Below are positions 1-7,199 of a DNA stretch of 21,960 nt, one piece after another. The notes below the pieces were generated by a model, which ran no database searches, had not been told where the DNA came from, and worked only from the letters and a program-made list of their open reading frames with translations. The stretch's first letter is position 1. Each line of letters opens with the position of its first letter. The DNA is from an uncultured Verrucomicrobiota bacterium. GTDB taxonomy: Bacteria > Verrucomicrobiota > CALLYA01 > CAYNBQ01. A program made the position numbers and the translations under genes. The stretch spans positions 1-21,960 of the forward strand of contig CAYNBQ010000040.1 in NCBI GenBank assembly GCA_964395275.1, written 5' to 3'.

Positions 1-139
1 CGTGCGACGGGGATGTTGCGAGACGGCGCGGAGGATGGAGAGGAACGACGGCATGGGAGCCTTTTCCGGTCCGGGAGCGCGGCGGGCGGACGGGTTTCCG
101 GAGGCGGGTTCTCCGTATCACGGACCGGGCCGGGCGCGG

Positions 140-1561
140 TCAACCGGATCCTTCGGGTTCCGCGGGTTCTTCCTTCGCCTTCTGCTCCCGCACGCGGAGG
201 ATCTCCGGCAGGTTCATCCCGGCCATCTCGAAGAGGTTCTGCAGCGGCGGCAGCGACTGCAGCAGCCCCGAGAGGTAGGAGGCCGTGCTCGTCTTGCCGT
301 CGGGGCCGACCCCGGAATCCCACACGGTCACCTTGTCGATCTTCAGGTTCTTGACCGCTTCCACCTGCGCTTCGACGAGCTGCGGCAGCTTGTCGGTGAT
401 CATCAGCATGGCCGCCAGGCTCGGGTCTCCGCCGGAGGCCTCGACGACGGCCTGGAGCCCCTCGGCCTGCTTGACGAGCATCTCCCGGTTCCCCCGGGCT
501 TCGGCCTCGAGCTTGGCGAAGATCGCGTCGGCCTGTCCCTTGGCCTCGCGCCGGAGACGCTCGGCGGCGGCGTCCGCTTCGATGACGATCCGCTGTTTCT
601 CGATCTCCGTGGGGACGACGACGTTGGCGAACTGGGTGGCCCGTTCCCGTTCGGCGCGCTGCATCTCGGCCTTCTGCTCGGCCTGGTAGGCTTCCTCGAG
701 GGCGCGGGCGCTCTGCACCTTCTCCGCAGCCGTCCCGAGACGTTCCGCCTCGGCCTCCTTCTGCCGGCGGTTGGCGTTGGAGTTGGCCACGTCGATGATC
801 GCCGTGTTTTCGCCGTCGACCGCCGCGGCGTTGGCCGCGGCGACCCGGATCCGCTGTTCGCGTTCCGCCTCGGCCTTGCCGATCTCGCCGTCGCGGGTCC
901 GTTCGGCCACCTGGCGTTTGGCGTCGTTGATGGCGCGGGCCGCCGCCTCCTGGCCGAGGGCCTCGATGTACCCGGACTCGTCGATGATGTCCTTGACGTT
1001 GACGTTGATCAGCCTCAGGCCGATCTTCTTCAGTTCCACCTCGACGCCGTTGGTGATGTTGTCCACGAACTTGTCGCGGTTGGAGATGATCTCCTCGATC
1101 GACATCGTGGCGATCACCACGCGGGTCTGGCCGAAGATGATGTCCTCGGCGATGTGCCGGATCTCCTGGATCTGGAGGCCGAGCAGGCGTTCCGCGGCGT
1201 TTTCCATGATGCCGGGCTCGGTCGAGATCCCGACGGTGAAGGTCGAGGGCACGTTGATCCGGATGTTCTGCTGGGAAAGGGCGCCCTGCAGGTCGATGTC
1301 CATGGTGATCGGCGTCAGGTCCAGGAACTGGTAGTCCTGCACGATCGGCCAGACGAAGGCCGCCCCGCCGTGCAGACAACGCCCCGAGAGACGCCCGGCC
1401 GGACCTTTCCCGACCTTGCCGTAGATCACCAGGATCTTGTCCGGTGGACAGCGCTTGTACCGTTGCAGGAAGGCGACGACGGTGACGAAGGAAACGAGGA
1501 TGAGCGCCAGGACCAGCCAGAGCCACCCGATCGATACCGCAAGAAAAGGGATCGGCGTCAT
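140..1561 (-). CDS. Flotillin-like SPFH/band-7 membrane protein (YqiK/FloT family)
   Basis: 473-aa ORF with an N-terminal hydrophobic anchor (IGWLWLVLALILVSFVTVVAF). SPFH-domain core (VVIATMSIEEIISNRDKF...). Long Ala/Glu/Arg-rich coiled coil (EAEREQRIRVAAANAAA...AEQKAEMQRAERERA) typical of bacterial flotillins. The ATG at 1559-1561 overlaps the stop of the upstream NfeD-like gene (ATGA). Confidence 0.9.
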   Translation of the reverse strand: MTPIPFLAVSIGWLWLVLALILVSFVTVVAFLQRYKRCPPDKILVIYGKVGKGPAGRLSGRCLHGGAAFVWPIVQDYQFLDLTPITMDIDLQGALSQQNIRINVPSTFTVGISTEPGIMENAAERLLGLQIQEIRHIAEDIIFGQTRVVIATMSIEEIISNRDKFVDNITNGVEVELKKIGLRLINVNVKDIIDESGYIEALGQEAAARAINDAKRQVAERTRDGEIGKAEAEREQRIRVAAANAAAVDGENTAIIDVANSNANRRQKEAEAERLGTAAEKVQSARALEEAYQAEQKAEMQRAERERATQFANVVVPTEIEKQRIVIEADAAAERLRREAKGQADAIFAKLEAEARGNREMLVKQAEGLQAVVEASGGDPSLAAMLMITDKLPQLVEAQVEAVKNLKIDKVTVWDSGVGPDGKTSTASYLSGLLQSLPPLQNLFEMAGMNLPEILRVREQKAKEEPAEPEGSG

Positions 1562-2181
1562 GATTTCGCCTCCAGACGTTTCACCAGCAGGATGTTGTCC
1601 CCGACGTAATCCACGACGCGCACCGGCGTGCCGGTGGGGATCTTCTCATCGTCGTCGGTCACCGCCGCGATTTCCCGGAGCCGGCCCTGGACCTTCACCT
1701 GCACCTGGCCCGTCGCTTCCCGGGCGGGCGGAACGGGGATGTAGACTCGGGCGTCCTGCCCGACCGCGTTGCGCACGTCGATGTTGCCCGATTCGGACAG
1801 CCCGGCGATGGCGCTCATCAGCCGGAAGACGACGAACATGAAGATGCCGCCGAAAAGCAGCGCCAGCGCGACGACCACGATCAGCGGCCGGTTCGGATCG
1901 CCGAGGGCGGCGACCCCCGCCCAGCCGAACCCGACGAAAAAGGCGAGGATGGTCCTCGTCGAAAGCATCCCCAGGCCGCTGCTGTGGGCGTCGAGATCGG
2001 GGTGATCCACCGCCATGTCGTGCGGCACGTCGAATCCGGACGAATCGCCGACGTCGACGTCGTGCCCCGAAAGCCCCATCAGGGTCAGCAGGAACTGGAT
2101 GAACAGGACCACCGAGGAGGTGATCGCGATGATGTAGAAGACCTGCTGCGCGTCGCCCAGCGCGTTCCACCATTCGGTCAT
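1558..2181 (-). CDS. NfeD-like (YqiJ/YuaF-type) membrane protein, flotillin partner
   Basis: Start placed at the internal ATG (MTEWWNALGD...), 17 codons inside track ORF 1558..2232. Hydrophobic segments (FYIIAITSSVVLFIQFLLTLMGL; LIVVVALALLFGGIFMFVVF) followed by a soluble beta-rich tail (OB-fold-like: QVQVKVQGRLREIAAVTD...VRVVDYVGDNILLVKRL). Canonical position immediately upstream of, and translationally coupled to, a flotillin gene. Short NfeD form with no ClpP-like protease domain. Confidence 0.8.
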   Translation of the reverse strand: MTEWWNALGDAQQVFYIIAITSSVVLFIQFLLTLMGLSGHDVDVGDSSGFDVPHDMAVDHPDLDAHSSGLGMLSTRTILAFFVGFGWAGVAALGDPNRPLIVVVALALLFGGIFMFVVFRLMSAIAGLSESGNIDVRNAVGQDARVYIPVPPAREATGQVQVKVQGRLREIAAVTDDDEKIPTGTPVRVVDYVGDNILLVKRLEAKS

Positions 2182-2284
2182 GACCGCCTCCCGCTGCGGA
2201 AACGCCCCGGAAGCGTCTCTCGCACGAGACACTCTGGCCGACGCGGGATGCCGGGTCCAGATCTTTTTCTACCGTCCGTCGCGC

Positions 2285-2857
2285 CTACCAGTTCTCGCAG
2301 AGCAGTTCGAAATGGGCCTGCGGATGGGCGCAGGCGGGACAGACCTTCGGCGCTTCCGGTCCTTCGTGAATGTAGCCGCAGTTCTTGCACCGCCAGACGA
2401 CGGGCTGGTCGCGGCGGAAGACCTTGCCTTCCTCGATGTTGCGCGCCAGGGCGAGATAGCGTTTCTCGTGCTGCTTCTCGGCGACCGCGATGGATTTGAA
2501 GACGACGGCGATGATTCCGAAGCCCTCTTCCTCGGCCGTTTGCGCGAAGGACGGATACATCTCCGTCCACTCGTGGTTCTCGCCGGCTGCGGCGGCCTTG
2601 AGATTCTCGACCGTGGAACCGATGCCTCCCGCCGGAAACGCGGCGGAGATCTCCGCCTCGCCCCCTTCGAGCAGTTTGAAGAGTCGCTTGGCGTGTTCCC
2701 GTTCCTGGTCGGCGGTTTCCTCGAAGATCTCCGCGATCTGGCGGAATCCTTCCTTGCGGGCGACGCTCGAGTAGTACGTGTAGCGGTTCCGCGCCTGGGA
2801 TTCCCCTGCGAACGCCGTCAGAAGATTCCGTTCCGTCCTGCTGCCCTTCAGTTCCAT
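2285..2857 (-). CDS. rbr: Rubrerythrin (ferritin-like diiron domain plus C-terminal rubredoxin-like CxxC...CxxC)
   Basis: Start at [29 protein letters not shown], the canonical rubrerythrin N-terminus, preceded by an AGGAGG Shine-Dalgarno. Diiron ligand motifs E..EXXH are present ([14 protein letters not shown]; AEKQHEKRY). C-terminal [12 protein letters not shown]...CPACAHPQ is a rubredoxin-like Fe(Cys)4 site. Track ORF 2285..2998 runs 47 codons further upstream with no good RBS. Confidence 0.9.
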   Translation of the reverse strand: MELKGSRTERNLLTAFAGESQARNRYTYYSSVARKEGFRQIAEIFEETADQEREHAKRLFKLLEGGEAEISAAFPAGGIGSTVENLKAAAAGENHEWTEMYPSFAQTAEEEGFGIIAVVFKSIAVAEKQHEKRYLALARNIEEGKVFRRDQPVVWRCKNCGYIHEGPEAPKVCPACAHPQAHFELLCENW

Positions 2858-3095
2858 TCTGCCTTTCCTCCTGGGGCGTTCCCGCTCCCGGTTCCCGGTC
2901 GGAATCGGGGAGGCGGCGCCGTTCACCCGGGAGACTACCCCGAAGGGGTCCGGCGGGTCGAGGAAGAGCACGGGGGAAGGCGCCTCCCCCCCGCGCACCG
3001 AATGCGTTTCCTCGGGCTTTGCCCGAAGGGCGGGGCGCCGGTATGCTCTGCCGTCGACGGTTTGTCGGGCGGAACGACGCGAACGGAGGCATCCG

Positions 3096-4004
3096 ATGAA
3101 CGAGATTCCCGGGGCGGACGCAGGTGACGAGATCGTGGTCGCCGGAGAACGGTTTCACACCGGCACGCCGGTGGTGCTCTGGTCGGATCCGGGCGGATAC
3201 AACGCCTACCTGGAACACCGGTTCTTCGAACCCGGCGAGATCCTGCCTTCCCAGGCGTCCGTCGATCGGCCGCGCCGCTACGACGAACGCGTTCCGGAGG
3301 ACGACGCCCTGGCCGAACGCGTGGCCGAAGAGGGTTGGACCCTGGAGAACCTGCAACGGGCCGTCCGGCTCTTCGTCATCCACTACGATGTCTGCGTCAC
3401 GTCCCGATACTGTTTCCGCGTGCTGCACGACGTGCGCGGGTTGTCCGTGCATTTCATGCTGGATCTCGACGGGACGATCTACCAGACCCTCGATCTCCGC
3501 GAACGCGGCCGGCATTCCGGGCCGGCCAACAATCCCTCGATCGGCGTCGAGATCGCCCATATCGGGGCCTATCCCGACACCGAAATCCTCGACCAGTGGT
3601 ACCGCCCCGACGAGACCGGCCGGTTGCGCGTGGTCCTTCCCGAGGAGAGAGGCGACGGAGGGATCCGGACCCCGGGATTCGTCGCCCGCCCGGCGCGCCC
3701 CGGTCTCTTCGAGGGAACGATCCACGGCCGGCGCCTCGTTCAGTACGATTTCACCGAGGAACAGTACCGCGCCCTCGGGCGGCTGACCGCAGCCGTGGCG
3801 AGGGCCCTGCCGCGGATCCGCCCGGAGGCGCCGCGCGACGCCGCCGGGAAGGTGCGCGCCGACCGGTTGAGCGACGGCGAACTGGCGCGGTTCGAGGGGC
3901 TGGTCGGCCACTGGCACCTGACGACGAACAAGATCGATCCGGGTCCGGCGTTCGACTGGGACCGGGTGTTGAACGACGCCCGCCGGTTCCTGGCGGAATC
4001 CTGA
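3096..4004 (+). CDS. N-acetylmuramoyl-L-alanine amidase, Amidase_2 (PGRP/AmpD-type) family, cytoplasmic paralog
   Basis: 302 aa. Amidase_2 core (VIHYDVC...[20 protein letters not shown]...[18 protein letters not shown]...). C-terminal [17 protein letters not shown] matches the Zn-ligand His / K.DPGP.F motif of AmpD and PGRPs. No signal peptide. About 100-aa N-terminal extension ([28 protein letters not shown]...) shared with the next gene. The GGAGG RBS sits 6 nt upstream of the ATG. Confidence 0.8.
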   Translation: MNEIPGADAGDEIVVAGERFHTGTPVVLWSDPGGYNAYLEHRFFEPGEILPSQASVDRPRRYDERVPEDDALAERVAEEGWTLENLQRAVRLFVIHYDVCVTSRYCFRVLHDVRGLSVHFMLDLDGTIYQTLDLRERGRHSGPANNPSIGVEIAHIGAYPDTEILDQWYRPDETGRLRVVLPEERGDGGIRTPGFVARPARPGLFEGTIHGRRLVQYDFTEEQYRALGRLTAAVARALPRIRPEAPRDAAGKVRADRLSDGELARFEGLVGHWHLTTNKIDPGPAFDWDRVLNDARRFLAES

Positions 4005-5029
4005 TGCGACTCGACCGGGCGGGGCGGAGCCGAACCTTCCTGCGATGGGCGGCCGCGTCGGCGATTCTCTGCGCCGCCCCGGCGTGCCGCCGCCGCAAAC
4101 CGCCGCCGGAAGAGCGGGTCGGCGACGAGATCGTCGTCGCCGGCCGGATGTTCCACACCGGCACGCCGGTCGTTCTCTGGTCGGATCCCGGCGGCTACGA
4201 CGCCTACCGGGAAACCTGTTTCTTCGTTCCGGACCGAGTCATGCCCTCTTCGAAGACCTACCGGGGCGGGCCGAAACGATACGGCGTGCGCAACCCGGGG
4301 GAAGGGGAGATCGCGCGGCGGGTGCGCGAGAAAGGCTGGACGCTCGAAAACCTCCGGGACTTCGTCCATCTCTTCGTGATCCACTACGACGCCTGCGGCA
4401 CGTCGAAACGCTGTTTCCGGGTCCTCCACGACGGCCGCGGCCTGTCCGTGCATTTCATGCTCGATCTCGACGGGACGATCTACCAGACCCTCGATCTCCG
4501 CGAACGGGCGCGGCACGCGGGTCTCTACAACAGCCGGTCGATCGGCATCGAGATCGCGAACATCGGCGCGTACGCGGACGGGGAACGGCTGGAGAAGTGG
4601 TATCGACGGGACGGGGACGGGCGGTTGCGCGTCGTCCTGCCCGCGGACGACGAGAGCGAAGGGATCCGCACCCCCGGCTTCGTCGCCCGTCCCGCGCGGC
4701 AGGAACTCGTCGAGGGCGAGATCCACGGAAAACGTTTCCGCCAGTACGACTACACGCCCGAGCAGTACGAAGCGCTGGCCCGCCTCACGGCGGCGCTGCA
4801 CCGGATCTTCCCCCTGATCCGGCTCGACGCGCCGCGGGACGAGGAAGGCCGGGTCCGGACCGACGTGCTCTCCCGCACGGAAATCCTCTCCTTCGGCGGG
4901 CTCGTGGGCCACCTGCACATCTCCTCCCGGAAAATCGACCCGGGACCGGCGTTCGACTGGGAAGGCGTCCTCCGGAACGCCCGCCGCATCTACCGCGAGA
5001 CGTCCGGCGCGCGACGGTCGAATCGCTGA
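4004..5029 (+). CDS. N-acetylmuramoyl-L-alanine amidase, Amidase_2 family, exported or lipoprotein paralog
   Basis: Its ATG shares one base with the TGA of the previous gene (cTGATGc). N-terminus [28 protein letters not shown] is signal-peptide or lipobox-like. The rest is collinear with, and about 60-65% identical to, the upstream paralog, including the [17 protein letters not shown] motif. Track ORF 3335..5029 is an out-of-frame upstream extension through the previous gene and is not real. Confidence 0.8.
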   Translation: MRLDRAGRSRTFLRWAAASAILCAAPACRRRKPPPEERVGDEIVVAGRMFHTGTPVVLWSDPGGYDAYRETCFFVPDRVMPSSKTYRGGPKRYGVRNPGEGEIARRVREKGWTLENLRDFVHLFVIHYDACGTSKRCFRVLHDGRGLSVHFMLDLDGTIYQTLDLRERARHAGLYNSRSIGIEIANIGAYADGERLEKWYRRDGDGRLRVVLPADDESEGIRTPGFVARPARQELVEGEIHGKRFRQYDYTPEQYEALARLTAALHRIFPLIRLDAPRDEEGRVRTDVLSRTEILSFGGLVGHLHISSRKIDPGPAFDWEGVLRNARRIYRETSGARRSNR

Positions 5030-5046
5030 ACGGCCCTGGCATCCTG

Positions 5047-5079
5047 CATCCGGGCCCGGGGCGACGGATGTTTCTCGTT
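5047..5079 (+). terminator. Candidate intrinsic terminator after the amidase pair
   Basis: Hairpin catccg-ggcccggggcga-cggatg: 6-bp stem (5047-5052 / 5065-5070) with a GC-rich 12-nt loop, followed directly by TTTCTCGTT. Lies 18 nt after the amidase stop. Confidence 0.35.
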
Positions 5080-5192
5080 GACATTCCCTCCCCTGATGCG
5101 GTGGCATCGTCGCCGGCGGTTTCGCGACGAACCGAATCTTCGCGCCGGATGCGGGAAGAAGGAATTCTCACGCAGGGGAGGATCGTTGCGCG

Positions 5193-6302
5193 ATGTGCGG
5201 CGACACCGGGAAGAGACATCCGTTCCGAAGGGAACGCCTGCGTCGTCCCACGCCGTTCCACAGGATGTTCGACCGGCCGCGGCGTCGGAACGCCCTGGTC
5301 GAGTTGAACAACGCCCTGGCGGAAGCCGTGAGGATCCGGGACGTTCCGGAAACGCTCGTCTATGAGTTGAACCGGAAATACCAGCTGGATCTCCAGAGGG
5401 TTTTCCGCAGGCGCCTCGAAAGGATGTACCGGGAGTTCATCCTGTTCTGCATGCAGGACGAACGTTTCGACGACGACGAGGTGGAAGACCTCTCGCATCT
5501 CCAGCTGCTCTTCGGCATCTCCAACCCCCGGCACAACGAGATCTACCTGGAGACGGCCGAGGAGAAGTACGGGAAGACCGTGGACGAGGTGCTTGCGGAC
5601 GGGCGGGTCACCGACGCCGAAAAGGCCCGGCTGGAACGGATGAGGAAGGATCTCGAGATCCCGGAATCGACGGCGGCCCGGCTCCTTCAGGACAAGGGGG
5701 GCAAGGTGCTGGCGAAACGGTGGCAGGAGGCCGTCGACGACGGACTCCTCTCCCCGGAGGAGGAACGGGAGCTGGACGCACTGGCGAAACGACTCGGCAT
5801 CGAGGTGCATCCGACGGAGAAGAGCCGGGAAGAGATCGAGCGGTGCCGGTGGAGATGGCGGATCGTCAACGGGACGCCTCCGCAGATCCCGGTGTCCATT
5901 CATCTTCCGCGGGGAGAGGTCTGCTATTTCAAGACGGACGTCGCCTGGTACGAGCTGCGCCGCGTGACCCGCAGGATCCGGTACGGCGGTCCGACGATGC
6001 GGATCAAGCTCATGAAGGGAGTGTACTGGAGAATGGGCGATCTCGGGGTCCGATCCGTTTCGGAAGACGTGATGACCCGGATCGACGAAGGGACCGTGTA
6101 CGTGACGAATCGGCGGCTTCTCTTCCGCGGTGAGAGGAAGAACACATCGATCCGGCTCTCGAAGATCCTGGATATCACGCCCCATCGCAACGGGGTCGAG
6201 ATCGAGAAGGACACCGGCCGTTCCCCCTTCCTCGAGTTCCACAGCGACGTCGACATCTTCTGCGCCGCCCTCACGCGCGCCATCGAGGATGCGATCCGAT
6301 GA
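5193..6302 (+). CDS. Hypothetical soluble protein: N-terminal acidic helical repeats (TerB-like?) plus C-terminal bacterial PH/GRAM-like domain
   Basis: 369-aa ORF with GGAGGA 10 nt upstream of the ATG at 5193. An alternative ATG exists at 5265 (MFDRP...). No TM segments. Repeated helical D/E-rich units (DDDEVEDLSHLQLLFGIS; DDGLLSPEEERELDALAKRLGIEV). The C-terminal approximately 150 aa is all-beta (TDVAWYELRRVTRRIRYG...GTVYVTNRRLLFRGERKNTSIRLSKILDITPHRNGVEIEK), as in bPH_2/YokE-type PH domains. Its stop TGA (6300-6302) overlaps the ATG of the channel gene. Confidence 0.6.
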   Translation: MCGDTGKRHPFRRERLRRPTPFHRMFDRPRRRNALVELNNALAEAVRIRDVPETLVYELNRKYQLDLQRVFRRRLERMYREFILFCMQDERFDDDEVEDLSHLQLLFGISNPRHNEIYLETAEEKYGKTVDEVLADGRVTDAEKARLERMRKDLEIPESTAARLLQDKGGKVLAKRWQEAVDDGLLSPEEERELDALAKRLGIEVHPTEKSREEIERCRWRWRIVNGTPPQIPVSIHLPRGEVCYFKTDVAWYELRRVTRRIRYGGPTMRIKLMKGVYWRMGDLGVRSVSEDVMTRIDEGTVYVTNRRLLFRGERKNTSIRLSKILDITPHRNGVEIEKDTGRSPFLEFHSDVDIFCAALTRAIEDAIR

Positions 6303-6315
6303 ACCGGAAACGGGC
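6264..6315. repeat. 52-bp direct repeat, copy 1 (spans the upstream gene's 3' end, the stop and the first 6 codons of the channel gene)
   Basis: gccgccctcacgcgcgccatcgaggatgcgatccgatgaaccggaaacgggc. Identical to 7113-7164 except one base (6295 T versus 7144 C). Copy spacing is 849 bp. Confidence 0.9.
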
Positions 6316-7105
6316 ATGGGAGATCGTCGAGGTTGCCCGTCAGGGGGACAGGGCGAGCCGCCTCTTCGATGTCGGCATTCTCACGCTGATCTTTCTCAAC
6401 GTGATCGCAGTTGTCATCGGATCCGTCCGATCGGTGCGGGAACGCTGGGGTCTTTATCTCGATGTTTTCGAAGTCTTTTCGGTTGCAGTCTTCACGCTGG
6501 AATATGCCACGCGAGTCTGGGCATGTACCGCTAACGACCGCTATCGCGAACCGATACGGGGACGCATCCGATTTGCGTTCACGCCAATGGCCATCATCGA
6601 CCTCCTGGCGTTCCTGCCCTTCTATCTGCCTTTCGTGGGATTCGACCTCCGGTCGATGCGGGTGCTGCGCCTGCTGCGCGTTTTCCGGATCGCGAAGATG
6701 AGCAGGTACTATTCTTCAATGCAATTGATCAGGAACGTTCTCCGTGCCAAGAGAGAAGGCCTTGTCCTCAGTTCCGTGATCATGTTGTCGCTGTTGGTGA
6801 TGGCGTCGAGTGTCTTGTACTACCTCGAGAATCCAGTGCAACCGGACACGTTTTCGAGCATCCCGGCAACGATGTGGTGGGCGGTGGCGACGCTCACGAC
6901 GGTGGGATACGGCGACATGTATCCCGTAACCGCCGCCGGGAAATTCTTCGCAGGTGTGATTGCTGTTCTCGGGATCGGCATGTTCGCCTTGCCGACCGGC
7001 ATCCTCGGAGCCGGCTTTGTCGAGGAGATTGGGAAGCGCAACAAGCCTGCCCGGGCTTGCCCCTTCTGCGGAAGGACGATCCCGCCGGATGACGACAGTA
7101 TCTGA
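6299..7105 (+). CDS. Voltage-gated K+ channel (6-TM Kv/KvAP-like, ion_trans family)
   Basis: 268 aa. Six predicted TM helices. S4 has Arg at every third position (LRSMRVLRLLRVFRIAKMSRYYS). The pore loop carries the canonical K+ selectivity filter (TMWWAVATLTTVGYGDMYP). S6 is glycine-rich (GVIAVLGIGMFALPTGILGAGF). Short C-tail with CPFCGR. Start ATG overlaps the stop of the upstream ORF (ATGA). Confidence 0.92.
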   Translation: MNRKRAWEIVEVARQGDRASRLFDVGILTLIFLNVIAVVIGSVRSVRERWGLYLDVFEVFSVAVFTLEYATRVWACTANDRYREPIRGRIRFAFTPMAIIDLLAFLPFYLPFVGFDLRSMRVLRLLRVFRIAKMSRYYSSMQLIRNVLRAKREGLVLSSVIMLSLLVMASSVLYYLENPVQPDTFSSIPATMWWAVATLTTVGYGDMYPVTAAGKFFAGVIAVLGIGMFALPTGILGAGFVEEIGKRNKPARACPFCGRTIPPDDDSI

Positions 7106-7112
7106 TCCGTAG

Positions 7113-7164
7113 GCCGCCCTCACGCGCGCCATCGAGGATGCGACCCGATGAACCGGAAACGGGC
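7113..7164. repeat. 52-bp direct repeat, copy 2 (intergenic, just after the channel stop at 7105)
   Basis: gccgccctcacgcgcgccatcgaggatgcgacccgatgaaccggaaacgggc. Encodes ...AALTRAIEDATR* followed by a decapitated MNRKRA... start. The sequence downstream diverges from the channel gene. Confidence 0.9.
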
Positions 7165-7199
7165 GTCTTCCTCACGGGAGGGCGACACTCCGCCGCGGT

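Noticed and set aside
60-139. Inverted repeats downstream of the flotillin stop (ccggtccg at 66-73 / cggaccgg at 121-128; cggag...ctccg) as a terminator
   Set aside because: The loop is very long (47 nt) and no U-tract follows on the transcribed strand. The region may belong to a truncated neighbouring gene at the window edge.
2-1609. 535-aa plus-strand ORF overlapping the flotillin gene. The same kind of ORF occurs at 2178..3917, 3740..5107, 4785..6317, 7120..7995, 7296..9164, 10226..14107, 10363..15210 (1615 aa), 15483..19628 (1381 aa) and 19072..21108.
   Set aside because: All are antisense or out of frame relative to genes with clear family signatures. Their translations are Arg/Gly/Pro/Ala-rich and low-complexity, with no domains. 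They are long open frames expected by chance in roughly 70% GC DNA, where stop codons are rare.
2858-3095. PerR/Fur-type operator or phase-variable C7 tract (about 2986-2992) in the divergent rubrerythrin/amidase promoter region
   Set aside because: I found no convincing 7-1-7 or similar palindrome. The homopolymer is only 7 nt long and lies outside any coding region. Evidence is insufficient.
3335-5029. 564-aa ORF suggesting a single large fusion protein spanning both amidases
   Set aside because: Its 5' part (3335-4003) is a different frame overlapping amidase 1 and gives a non-protein-like translation. The real second gene starts at ATG 4004, giving a signal-peptide-like N-terminus and collinearity with its paralog.
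5078-5106. TTGACA hexamer at 5078-5083 as a sigma70 -35 box for the downstream hypothetical/Kv unit
   Set aside because: There is no acceptable -10 hexamer at 16-19 bp spacing (gtggca or ggtggc only). E. coli consensus is a weak guide in a high-GC genome. I left it unannotated.
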